Shown: one piece after another, positions 27,301 to 37,880 of the stretch
Numbering within the stretch: the first letter of the stretch is position 1
Layout of the letters: every line of letters starts with the position of its first letter
Position numbers and translations under genes: made by a program
From: Azolla caroliniana
Lineage: Eukaryota > Plantae > Polypodiophyta
Reading direction: 5' to 3'
NCBI GenBank assembly: GCA_043228905.1
Contig: JBHGNT010000009.1
Span: 14,074,001-14,138,000, forward strand
Length of the DNA: 64,000 nucleotides
The notes under the pieces: generated by a model
What the model saw: only the letters and a program-made list of their open reading frames with translations
Database searches by the model: none
Told to the model about the DNA's origin: nothing

Positions 27301-28088
27301 CACTCCGCGATGGCCTTCCCTTGCCGGTTCTCATCGCTTCGACTCCCCCTGTTTCCGGAGGGTCCGGAGTTGCTGTCGGCATCACTTCGGTGACTTCTTC
27401 CTTGATCTCGTTGGCCGCCTCCATTGCGTGCCGACTCGCCTCGTCCTCCACGTCCACGGGGCCTATCTCCCTCCGTGTACAACATTCTGATCTCGGTGTG
27501 CGTGCTTGTAGACGCACCCGCGTGGTTCTCCTCTACCAGGAGCATCAACTGTAAGTCGAAAAAGGACGGCGTATTCTCCCGGGTACACACAGCCGTTCGA
27601 AACGCTCCGAACTTCAACGCCAAACCTCCGAGACAAATCTGGACCATCTCGCTCTCCTCGATGTTCACCTCTATGGAGGCGAGGGAGTCGCAGATATCCT
27701 TGATCTTCGAGGTATAGTCCGCCACCGACAAGTCGCGTTGTCGTAGGTTGCTCAACTCTTGTCGGAGCTGGAGTTTCCTGACTGTGGTGCTCGCGGCGAA
27801 GATCTTCTTCAGATTTTCCCACGCACCCTTCGGCGTCTTTGCATCCCGAACATAGCTCAATAGTTGTTCGCCCACACACGACGCGAAGCAGTACAGTACC
27901 CTGCTTGCCGATTGCTCCCACGACGGGAAGTCTTTGTGTGTCGATTCGGGTGCCGCGTCATTAGCTCCTTCGACATAACTCCAGTAGTCGTGCCCGAGCA
28001 GGTACTGGTGCATCTTGTAGGACCAAGACGCGTAGTTGGTTATGTCGAGCTTCTCTATTGGAAGCGAGCTCGCCATGCCTCTATCCAT
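24387..28088 (-). CDS. Copia gag-pol polyprotein (gag, protease, integrase, RT), 1233 aa; frameshifted before RNase H
   Basis: [68 protein letters not shown] is mutated to YVND. Confidence 0.93.
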   Translation of the reverse strand: MDRGMASSLPIEKLDITNYASWSYKMHQYLLGHDYWSYVEGANDAAPESTHKDFPSWEQSASRVLYCFASCVGEQLLSYVRDAKTPKGAWENLKKIFAASTTVRKLQLRQELSNLRQRDLSVADYTSKIKDICDSLASIEVNIEESEMVQICLGGLALKFGAFRTAVCTRENTPSFFDLQLMLLVEENHAGASTSTHTEIRMLYTEGDRPRGRGGRGESARNGGGQRDQGRSHRSDADSNSGPSGNRGSRSDENRQGKAIAECWYYGKKGHRESVCRKKRADSERNGSRHTDKGNQQQSHYAEDSGRVGEGSAFVTRHEANSMKQSTPRSDEVWYVDSGVSNHMTSHKEWFSYLEKPIQPGVVATGDDTPHPIANVGEVPLSHVGQKGKLMNVLHVPTIMKNLVSVGQIVDQGMEVRFTHLGCFIEEEGRVIAQGRRDGRMFILDSTDGGTAMFAKGIKTESDIDLWHKRIGHVNYQRLQDLQSKQVVFGLPKFSGRKAQICEACQLGKQHRLPFPNERHRSRNKLDLIHSDVWGPTQNVSLGGSRYFVSFIDDHTRHTWIYLIERKSEVFDCFRDLKGFVETETGRKIKCLRSDGGKEYFSGQFNGYLQQMGIRREFSCRYTPEQNGVVERKNRSVVEAARAMLEEKSLPKFYWAEAVRTTVYIQNRIGDKVSTHELYFGTKPNLRHLRVFGSIAYVHVPKEKRRKLDAKAEKCILVGYSDEQKGYKCYNPRTKQARVSRDVVVDESASWYKPPTPNPESNPCSDDEVSEAEMPPDEPEIETRKESPISLRLSGPIGRLSRYDQSDKEPASSGDSAVHSPRRKPRRRLTRKEKGKKKVSDSDTDKNESDRRESDSEGTGDGTLKVKSVSTEKASTSANVRLCQSTRQKNPVLRFGYNEYIAHHYAHMTRVAEMREPESYAEAAKDANWRAAVEEEMYALVENETWDLVDAPKGVKPIGCRWVYKVKYNTDGSVNRYKARLVAKGYVQKHDIDYDETFAPVAKMTTVRVLLAVAAAKGWHLHQMDVKNAFLQGDLEEQVYMVQPPRFHSGTNSSAVCRLKKSLYGLKQAPRVWNAKIMQQLRWMGFVTSKSDSSLFIRKGRLGPVSILLYVNDLVITGADLGEIDRVKLQLAASFDMKDLGDLHYFLGIEVIHTLEGILISQRHYVLGMLFKLGMADCKSVSNPLDRTIKLRPDTGKVCDPTRFRQIVGSLIYLTITRLDLSYPVGVISQFMA

Positions 28089-29176
28089 CGTTCTTCTTCG
28101 TCAAGCTGTGTCGGCTGTAGAGAGGTTCTCAACCCTCGCGCTCTGATACCATGTGGAAAGTAACGTGCGGAAGCAAGTATGAAGACCGAACAGAAGGAAG
28201 GAAACTCAGGTTTAATGGAGAGCTTGAGCTTACACGGTATACGCGGGAGAGACAGAGAGAGAATGAGAGAGAAGACACAAAAAAACTATGGTCAACAATA
28301 ATACTCAGTCTGTACATAAGACGTGCTCAGTGAACACTTTCATACAAGCCCTAGAAGGACTGACCGAAGTACTGACAGTACTTCAATGCTCATCAAGAGC
28401 TCCTACACTAACTCCCAAATATATTCCTCACGGAATATCTTTCCTAACGACCTCCTGGTTTACGCACTCGACCTAACCGATCGGTCCCAACCGATCCGGT
28501 CCTCGGCTTCTTCAGCCGAACCGGCCGATGTTGAGCTTGTCTCTCAACAAGGAACAACGACTGCGTGCTTTCTTAAACTGTTCAGAAACTGCATCGCATT
28601 AGAGAAGAACCCCGAGCAAGTCAATTTTATTAAGATGAGGATCCAAGGCATCTGGGATTATCCCAACCAGGACCAAGAGGTTGGGGCAAAACATAGATCA
28701 CGTTGTTCATGTATGATTGGAATATAATGTTTGTAGTAGTTTCTGGGCATGTGTGGTATATCATGCAATATTCATTTGTGAATATGTTTCTAATTATATC
28801 CAAAAATGTTATTTACTAATTCAATATAACAATCTTTATAGGATTTAGAGACAAATATAGCAACAAAATTGCATTTCTAAATTTGTTAAGTTGGATTCAA
28901 ATTCAACATTATGTACAATGAAGCATATTACAATTATGGTGGGAATGCATTCCCGTAATCTAACCTAAGAGTCGGATAAATTTGTATATGAATTGAGAAA
29001 ATATAGGTTAAATTAGAAATCTTGATAATACTAATTGTATTTTTTAGTGATGTTTTTAAAAGTCGTGTGTGCATGCATGATACATTCTTGAAAGTTTGTT
29101 CAAAAATAGTAATTCTTGATATCTCATGTATTTATCAATAAGGAATGCGACATATTACTTCTTCTAAATGACCTAG

Positions 29177-30666
29177 TGTTGGACATGATTGCACTGTGAA
29201 GTACACTGACTCTAACAAGTGCATCTGAATGGTGGCTTGGACAATTCTATCCAGTTTCATCCACTAATTCAACTTGATTCCTTCTAGAGGGTTTTCTGAA
29301 TAGATCAGATCTATCTAACCCTTGACCATTAGATAGTCTTGCATCTACTCCTTCCAGAAGTTGAAGTTTTATCCATCGAACTTCCTTAGACTCATCTTTG
29401 ATGCGCCAGATGTTGATGCCATCTGTTTTGGTTGATTAGAATATGTTCAGAGTTTACTACAAACGGTGGAAGGATGCAGCCGACTGGCTCACCCGATATC
29501 GTTCTAGTCAGATTCGAATACAAGTCGAATAGGCTTCGACTATTGGTTGATTCTATCCGAAGTGACTACAGTCGATCGACTTAGCTGAGTTGGATACAAA
29601 TCTGCCGATTGGAATTAGAATAGCAGTTGGGTGCTAAACTTGCTCGGAGTGGCTACAATGAATAGGAAAACAGAGTCGTTTGGTCTTCCAGAATATCACC
29701 TAGTCGAATTAGCACAATTAATTGTCGATTCAATTCCAATGCCGATTTCGAGATACCGATCACAGAACATGTGTCGATTATTCAAGCCAATCTTGGTTCG
29801 AATGACTACAATGGTGAGAGGGATGGAGCTTGCTGGTCCTCCCAAATGTCATCTAGCCGAATGAAGCACGAATAGGGGTTGTTCCCTGGAGCTTAATATG
29901 CTACGAGGGATTGCGACGGGCGAGTGATTACGACGAGTGAGTGAATAGCATCGATCGACCTATTCGATTGTCGTCTAACCTGATGAAGCACGATTGAGGC
30001 AAAAATTGCAGAACAATGTCTCACTCAAAGCGGCTACAATAACAGGAATAAAGTACAACTGACTAGCTTACGTCAAGTGTGATTTAGAACAATGGAGTGC
30101 AGACTTTCTAGGATTTTCTCTTTGCTGAATATGATCCTATGAAGAGTTGATAGACGAAGGATTTCATTAGGATTGAAATCTTGGAATCTATTATACCAAA
30201 AAATTGTCTTCGGAAGGGACAAAAGAGAGTTGTTGATGAAGAACAAAGTAGACGGCGGCAGCGGGATCAAGAAAAAGCCAAGCTCTGATACCAGATGTTG
30301 AAAGCAACTATCATATGCAGAACAATATCTCAACACTCTTGGTATGAATATCATCAAATGAATAGATAGAGAAATAGATCTAGAGCAATAAGCAACTAGA
30401 TCATAAGACAAGATCAACAAAGCAACATGAAGAAGAAAAATAGTGATAGCACAAGCAAGATGTAACTGTATTATTCAAGCTCTGAGTTACAAAATGAATG
30501 TGGGCAACAACAAAAAATGAACCACCTTAACATTAGGTTACAAAAGTCAGTTTGAATACTAACTAATTTAGGGAAACTGCCCTTTCCACTATTTACAGAA
30601 ATAGCCTAAACCTAGTGTGTCCAATGGGACAATGTGAATACGTCCATTAGAGACCCGTATTCGACA
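29177..30666 (-). mobile_element. Ty1/copia family C, 5' end (5' LTR, PBS, long leader, gag start), truncated at 29177
   Basis: LTR 30296-30666 (TG...CA). tRNA-Met PBS 30282-30293. Minus-strand translation MSLRKFDG*NFNFWKE*MQDYL...VYFTVQSCPT is a copia gag N-terminus. Confidence 0.8.
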
Positions 30667-31237
30667 ACCCATACCTCTATCCATGTTTTCTATTCTTCTC
30701 TTTTCCAGTACCCTACTGTTAACTCGTGTCAGAAAGCTACGTCAACTACGGAGGATGCTTCTCAACCCTCATGCTCTGATACCATGTAAAGATTTACAAT
30801 ATGCGGAAGCTTGTGAACCGACAGTCGGTCGGTTATCCAACTGATGAATAGTTCGTTAACATAGAACACAAAGTACAAGAGTGTGTGTGTGTGTGAGAGA
30901 GAGAGACTAAGTGAGAGCAAGCCACAAAAAGGTTCAATTACAGAAAAAACGTTCTCTCTCAATTACATAGTGCTTATGTGCACTTTATATATATAAGCCC
31001 ATCTATCAGGGCCATTAAGAAGTACTAACATGTACTTCAATGCTCTTAAAAGAGCATATGACACTAATTGCCTACGTTGGACCTATTTAATAGAATAGGA
31101 CACGTTGGCACGTGTGACGTTCCATCATCCGGATCCGACATCCGGCTTTGGAAAGTGGGCCTAGCCAGCCAGATCGATTCCAGTCTGACCTACCGGCTTA
31201 TCCAGCCGATTTGACCCATGTTGAGCTTGCTCACTCA

Positions 31238-31240
<3 letters not shown>
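30667..31240 (-). mobile_element. 5' end of a copia family B relative (LTR, PBS, first gag codons), interrupted by copia C
   Basis: PBS 30773-30784. LTR about 30785-31240 ends gttgagcttgctcactcaac like other B LTRs. Gag start MDRGMG at 30667-30684. Confidence 0.82.
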
Positions 31241-31241
<1 letters not shown>

Positions 31242-31310
<69 letters not shown>

Positions 31311-31372
31311 GTAATAGATGGGGGGGTGGAGTTGTTGAAACCAGTCGTCAATAGCGGAATTGTGTGTGTGTG

Positions 31373-31417
<45 letters not shown>

Positions 31418-31470
31418 TAAATATAATAGATGGGGGGTTAGAGGAGTTGTTGAAACCAGTCATTAGCAAC
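31242..31470. repeat. (GT)n and (GA)n microsatellites with a duplicated ~50-bp unit
   Basis: Directly visible: taatagatggggggg...agttgttgaaaccagtc occurs twice. Confidence 0.9.
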
Positions 31471-31502
31471 GGAACAAATTAGCTCTCTCTATTGAGAATC
31501 TT

Positions 31503-32431
31503 TGTGACACTCAAACAATAACATAGAGTAATAACATATTGAAGAAGACAAAGACAACTTAGACAAGAGACAAGATCAAACAATGAAAGAAACACTGAGA
31601 AGAGAAAGAGTTAGGAACAACAAAATATAAATGTATTATTCTCAAAGTTACAATGGCATAATATACAATATGAACAACCACCAACTAGGTTACAAGAGTC
31701 ACTTTAAATAACCAAATGACTTAGGGCAACTGCCCTTTCCACTATTTACATAAATAGCCTAAAACCTAGTATGTCAAATAGGACAATGTGAATACGTCCA
31801 TTATTTCCCATACTTGACACTCCCCCATAATGGACGTATAAAACAAAAATTTATAATCAAGAGAATAAACAAAAAACACAGATTTATACAAAGGGTTGTC
31901 AAACAAGTGGGCTTTTGTTCAAATCGGCAACATCCGAGAACAAAAGGCCGAAAGAGCTAAAGCCGAATCAACTAGTCCAAAAGGGAATCCCAATCGGATA
32001 GTCTGAAGTCGAGTTGGTTATGTCGATTGCCGATTATCCGAAACCATCCTAAATGTCTAACTCAATCAGACTGGTTCTTCGTTATGCCCATCTAGTGCAG
32101 AAGGGATCGAAATTGATCCACCAGAAGACACTTGGTCATCCCATCTGCGACATTATCAGCTATAGATATCTTCTCGAGATCGATTTTCCTTGAAATGACA
32201 CAGTCCTGAACAAAGTGATATCTCACATGTATATGCTTCGAGAAGTTGTATTGAACTGGATTTTTCGACAAAGCAACAACACCCTGACTGTCACAATAGA
32301 CACATGGAGCCGAATTGGATTTGACTTGTCGAAACGTGTGCGCCAGCTGACTAAGCCATAAGGCATCTTTCGCCACGTCCGACGTGGCTACATATTTGGC
32401 CTCAAACGTTGACGTAAGAGTGCACTCCTGT
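31503..32431 (-). mobile_element. Ty1/copia 3' end related to family C: RNase H remnant, PPT, 3' LTR
   Basis: ORF 32092-32376 (KHIHVRYHFVQD, ADGMTK). PPT 31820-31826. LTR 31503-31819 is similar to 30296-30666. Confidence 0.85.
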
Positions 32432-33299
32432 ATGGCCCAAACTTATTCAACTATCAATACCAGAAGTCTAATCCCTATTGTGTTAAGTCTCTATTCGACT
32501 CTGACTATGTGCACTCAAGGAGACCATACTTCGCAAGTATCAATATACATATTAGTTTAGTACTAATGTCAATTGTAAGTGTTCACTAATACATAGTAGT
32601 CTACCAAAGTATCTCAGTTAGACGGATACATACATCTTATTTTAGTACTAATATGAATGTCAAATGGTTCCCTACTACATTCATGGCTGCATGACAATTG
32701 ACAATAGAATACATTCTCATTCTCTACAATTAGCAATATAGAATTTCACATTACACTACAACATTAGACGAGTGATTTGATCTTCACAGCATTTCACAAG
32801 GGCAATTTAGACAGTACGCTGGAAACAGTTCAGTTGTAGTTCAACACAATCATGGTTGCATGACAATTAACAATAGAATACATTCTCATTCTCTGCAATT
32901 GGCAATATAAAATTTCACATTACGTTAACAACACTAGATGAGTGAACTGGAGTCAGTACAACATTTCACATTAGCAATTTAGACAGTATTTTGCTATACC
33001 AAATAATTCAAGTTCAGACATCACTAACAGTTCAATTATAGTTCAAGTACAATCGAAAGACAATCAGGCACCATTTCACAATTTCGCTGATCTTGTAATG
33101 TGCTTGTTATTGGTGCCAATTTTTTGTGATTTTACATTCTTCTTTATCTTAAAGCCTTTAGGTATTAGCTTACTAAGTGGCACTTCATCATCAGAGGCAT
33201 CAGAGACAGGTGTGGATGTACGGGCACCTTGTACCAGTGGCAAGCTTGAGAGAGAAACTATGTTTTCTGCAACTGCAATGCTTGTACACACATCCACAA

Positions 33300-33930
33300 A
33301 GGTATTGTTGATAGTCAAATTATCACTCATCTACTGTATGTGGGTTGTTTTAGTACTCATGTTGTTGCTAGTATGCTCATTCTCAATACAATTAGGCTCC
33401 TATATGTGGGCTATAGAGTACTCATGGTGAACTCCTCTTGGCTGGTGATAGTCACCTCATTCTTAAGACCACTATGCTCTCCTTCTTGGGTGGTCTTTAT
33501 TGCCCTATCATCATCGGTGATGCTAGTATACTCATTCTTAGTACAATTAGACTCCTGTATGTGGGTTGTGGCAATACTCATGGTCAACTCCTCTTGCACG
33601 GTGGTTGTCACCTCATTCTTAAGACAACCGTGCTCCCCTTCTTGGGTGGTCTTTATTGCCTGGTCCTCATGGGTGATGCTAGTATGCTCGTTCTCAGTAC
33701 AATCAGGCTCCTCTTCATTACTAGCTATATTCTTTCCACACTCCTCATGGGCTTCTATAGACACTACAAGCACATTCTCGGTACAATCAGGCTCCTCTTC
33801 AGTACTAGCGATATTCTTACCACACTCCTCATGGGATTCTTTAGACACTATTAGCACATTCTTAGTACAATCAGGCTCCTCTTTAGTACTAGCGATATTC
33901 TTTCCACACTCCTCATGGTCTTCTTTAGAC
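33300..33930 (-). repeat. In-frame tandem repeats (72-bp and 114-bp units)
   Basis: HEECGKNIASTEEEPDCTENV three times and AIKTTQEGEHxxLKNEVT twice in ORF 33411-33932. Confidence 0.9.
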
Positions 33931-35089
33931 AAATTGTTGTTTGTACATGCCAGCTGCTCTTCAAATATGAATGCTTCCTTTTTTTCACAGTCCTCATGTG
34001 TGGAAGATGTGCTCCCAGAGTCTGCCTCCGTGCAAAGGTTAATCCCAGAATCTGACTCTACACTTGTGCTCCATATAGTTCCCGATTCATTTGATTGCAG
34101 TTGGGAATCGGAATGCTCTTGTAAACCTAAATAATGGGATTCTAGAGAATATTAGTATCAACTCACATACTCAAAATTTTGCAAACATACCAACAACAAT
34201 GAACATAGGGTTAATAGCCACATTTTTACCTATTGTTACATCGTCATATTGTACAGTCGTAGACAACCCATTGCAAGTGGTAGGCTCAGTCATCTTCTCC
34301 ACAACATCTAAGTGTTCAATAGGTTGGAGCTCATTGTCAATAGAAGATTTCATAATAGTATCGATAGAATGCACCAAAAGCACCACTATAATAGGTTTGT
34401 TATGATCTAAATCATTGTTTTCTTAGAGGGCCTTTCACGTGTACCTGGGAGTGTGATAAATTCGTCTTCATGATCAGGTTTTGGACTCATATCTCCCTCA
34501 CCAAAGATCATTTCGTCATCAGCTAGTAACACAAGTACATTGTATTAGACAATGCATTAGGTTGACAACTCTCCGGACAGGTGAGAACATATATGACTCA
34601 CCATTGCATTCAACTCTGCCTTTCTTGCCCTTTCCATACAACTTTCTTGCAGCATTCCTCTTCTTAGTGCGCTCTTTTTTAAATACATTAGGCATTCAAC
34701 ATACACAGAAATGAGAATTAAGATATGCTAACTCAATTTGTGTTACCTGGATTGTTTTGATGTTGACCGGAGCTTGGGGAATTTGTTTGTAGAAGCATAT
34801 GTTCCACTGCACCAATGGCCCTTCTCATACATTCATCTTCATCATAAAACTCATAGGTTACTAGTAATGATGGTCCCTGAACCTTGGAATGTGCAGCAGA
34901 TACCGAGGGTTTAGGCATAGGGGTTGGTTGTTCCATTACCTTCCCTGGCGTGGAGTTGCTTGACACTACAACATTCATTGCAAGAAACAAAAAAACCTTC
35001 AACATTAGTACCATGATATAAAAAATAACGTTAGTACCGTGATATAAAAAATACAATGTAGGTCACAAGAACTGCATTACTAAATCATT

Positions 35090-36135
35090 AGGCTACACCT
35101 AGTTCCCATATTACACATCTAGTACTAATCGTGAACAATGTATTACTCACTTAGTTCCCAAATTACACAATTAGTACTAACCATGAACAATGTACTACTC
35201 ACTTAGTTCCCAAATTACACAACTAGTACTAATCGTCAACAATGTACAACTCAGAAGAGATGTTTACACAACTAGTACTAATCGTCAACAATGTACTACA
35301 AGTATAGTGTGTACTAACACTAGAACTAGGCACGTTGTAATATAGATTGGACTAACATCTAATCCAACAAATGTAGATTGGACTTTAGTACTAACGTTGT
35401 ATTTTGCACACAAGTAATACTAAAGGTGATATGTGTTCTACACACCTAATTACATAACTAGTACTAATTACACCAACAATATTAATCTTCAACAGTATTA
35501 GTACTAAACGTGATATGTGTTTGACACACCTCATTTCCAAATTACACAAACTGTACTAACCTTCAGCAATTTACTATACACCTTGTTCCCAAATTACATA
35601 ACTAGTACTAATCGTGAACAATGTACTACACAACTAATTCCCAAATTACACAAATAGTACTAATAGTTAACAGTGTACTACAAGTATAGTGTGTACTAAA
35701 CTAGTACTAGGCAAGTTGTAATATAGATTGGACGAACAACTTATCCAACAAATACATCTAAACAACTTCCTTCTTTAGTACTAAAGTGGTATTTTGCATA
35801 CAAGTAGTACTAATCATGATATGTGTTCTACACTCCTAATTCCCAAATTACACGTTTAGTACTAATCGTTCACAGTGTACTACATACCTTGTGCTCAAAT
35901 TACATAACTAGTACCAATCCCGAACAATGTCACACATGGTTCCCAAATTACTCAAATAGTACTAATTCTGGAAAATATCCGTTCAACTACCCATACCAAT
36001 TATATATTAAGAGTACTGCCAATACCAACCCACATAAATAGGGTTCCACATATTAGTTATTGGAGCTACACTAGTACTAATCCATTGTTTTCCTAAATTT
36101 GAAGTATGGATTGTGGCATACACTAGTTCTAATCC
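35090..36135. repeat. Degenerate ~48-bp minisatellite rich in TAGTACTA
   Basis: Repeated ttcccaaattacacaactagtactaatcgtgaacaatgtacta, with a higher-order duplication of about 400 bp. Confidence 0.88.
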
Positions 36136-36150
36136 AAATGTAAATTAACA

Positions 36151-36393
36151 TCATATAATACAAACAATAGAATAGTAGAGCCACATACCGTACGGGTGTA
36201 CTTTTAAACCCCAAGCATAGTACCACTCAGCAGCAACTGTAGTTTTACAGTCCATACATGTATTTTCTTTCTCAAAATGATACTTAGCACATAGCACATG
36301 ATATGTGTGCAAGCACGGTGTAATCACAACATCCATAGCCTCAAGCTTGAATCCAAGGTCACAAAATATACACCTAGCAGATTTTAGACACAA
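36151..36393 (-). pseudogene. RING-H2-like zinc finger exon
   Basis: CIFC-x14-CLH-x2-H-x2-C-x10-CMDC ligand spacing. Confidence 0.75.
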
Positions 36394-37616
36394 GTTATAA
36401 TATATTAGCTAATATGATATTTATACCACAGAAGTAGAAATACTTTTAAAGCCAATACCGTGATATAGCTATACTAGTAATGGTACTTTCCATACCACTT
36501 GGGTGCTCAATTACAGATGGACACAAAGTTTCAAAACCTTTTCGTTTTAAATCCTACATCAAGCACGCAAGGTTCTTGGAATGCAACTTTTAAGCTGACA
36601 ACTTATTATCTAGTTCACAATGTGCAATTCTGCAAGTATCAAGGTCTCTCATCTGTGATCCTAATTGAGTGCCCATATTGTTCAGCTCTTTCGTCAACTC
36701 CTCTTTCAACACCTCACTTTCTGAATTTTGGATTGTCGATGCAATCCATTCATATGTAGTCTTTATTGAAGACAATTGATTTTTTGCCTGTATCTCAGCT
36801 GATTTAACTACTTCCAAATCAGCAAGTAGTGCTTGTATTCTTGAGCTCATAGAAGCTATGCAACCGGTCATCATCTGTTCATGCTTTTCAGTCATTGTGG
36901 CCTGTAGCTTTGCAGATTGAACTTGGTGGTCAGGTGTTGTAGCCGGAATATCCACATGAGAGGTTCTCGATTACTTCAAGCCAGTGTTGGTACTAGAGGA
37001 CCCTTTATAATGTTCTAATCCGTGACGATTAAAATCGTCCCAATCTACGTCGATGCCACCCTGAACTTCACATGCAAATGCACCTGCAAAAACAATACCC
37101 ACCTCATTGTTACAGATTTGATTAGTATCATAAACATGTTCATATCTCGTCTTCAATTAGTTCACATTCCTTCTTCAATCCACTTATGTGGAATCCTCAC
37201 CTTGTATCGGGATGTGGTGACCCCCAAGGTTTTTATCAACCACTCTCTCAGCTCTTCATAAACTTCAGATCATGCTCAAAGGAAATAACGCCATCCAAGA
37301 GGTGTGTCTCGAATGATGGAGTGGCACGTCTTCTTTCTCTGAGTTGATGAGTTCATTAGCCTTTCTCTTGTGGGTGTCTTCTTGCTTTCTTTGATAGGTG
37401 TCCTTTTTCTTTCCTTCACTGGTGTCTTCACTTTCTCTTTCACCAATGTCTTCTTTATGGGTGTCCTTCTCTTCATTATCCTAGTCTTCACTATTCTTGT
37501 TGAAAGAATATGCATGTACAAGAAGAAAACTCATCAAAATACCATCAACAACCAGCAAATCATCATAGCCAACTCAATCTAAGTTGCATGTACAAGCCAT
37601 GCCAAACACACAAAAA

Positions 37617-37880
37617 CCCTAAACAGTCGGAAAAAAACACACACAAGTCAAACACACACAAAATAAAAATGAACAGATAGGAAACACAAAGAAAACGAAA
37701 ACATACCAGTTGGGCATGCAGCAGATAGAATATGAATAATCAAACCCTAAACAATCGGAAAAAAACTCATCCATGTCAAACACACATAAAATAAAAACAA
37801 ACAAATAGGAAACACAAAGAAAACGAAAACATACCAGTTGGGCATGCAGCACATAGAATATGAATAATCAAACCCTAAAA
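37617..37880. repeat. Tandem duplication of about 128 bp
   Basis: aaaccctaaaca.tcggaaaaaaac...gaatatgaataatcaaaccctaaa occurs twice. Confidence 0.85.

Larger units (their letters stand above)
22867..28549 (-). mobile_element. Near-intact Ty1/copia family B element
   Basis: TSD AGGAA at 22862-22866 and 28550-28554. Two 398-bp LTRs (22867-23264, 28152-28549) differ at about 7 positions by eye. tRNA-Met PBS 28140-28151. PPT 23265-23275. Confidence 0.97.
19675..28727 (+). pseudogene. Six-exon ParB-like domain plus beta-class N6-adenine/N4-cytosine DNA methyltransferase (N6_N4_Mtase-like)
   Basis: Inferred exons: 19675-19700, 20116-21667, 21755-21894, 21966-22399, 22490-22779, 22864-22866 joined to 28555-28727. 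Splice junctions keep frame. Motifs: IGGSHSTEAR...LTHEEAKLLAWDHN (ParB), FLVVDILYG (motif IV, DPPY-like), WFKMN, NPYQKPHRLIHRLVELFSNPDDWVLDLFSSTGTTTACFLKLFRNCIALEKNPEQV (motifs X, I, II). Several stops and frameshifts. Confidence 0.85.
5170..29176. mobile_element. Degenerate Sola-like DNA transposon carrying a transposase (-) and a ParB-DNA methyltransferase gene (+), split by nested LTR elements
   Basis: Removing 6144-17546 (gypsy plus one TSD) and 22867-28554 (copia plus one TSD) restores continuous coding sequence for two divergent genes 255 bp apart. The right boundary is inferred from an abrupt junction with a copia gag at 29177. The left end is not visible. Confidence 0.65.

Noticed and set aside
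24357-28163. Many overlapping antisense and alternate-frame ORFs in the GC-rich copia
   Set aside because: Expected shadows of a long GC-rich coding region, with no recognisable motifs.
19675-28727. Bacterial contamination or a prophage as the source of the ParB-MTase
   Set aside because: The gene has frame-preserving spliceosomal introns and is interrupted by a plant copia element with a clean TSD.
29150-29180. Helitron 3' end (CTAG followed by T)
   Set aside because: No GC-rich subterminal hairpin and no Rep/helicase motifs. The linked enzyme is a DDE transposase.
33340-34134. 264-aa hydrophobic plus-strand ORF as a membrane protein
   Set aside because: It is the antisense reading of the tandem repeats. 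The minus strand matches the orientation of the neighbouring exons.
35090-36135. CRISPR-like array, or AGTACT as the target of the methyltransferase (as for M.ScaI)
   Set aside because: The spacers are themselves repeated and there are no cas genes. The array lies in a different element, so nothing links it to the MTase.
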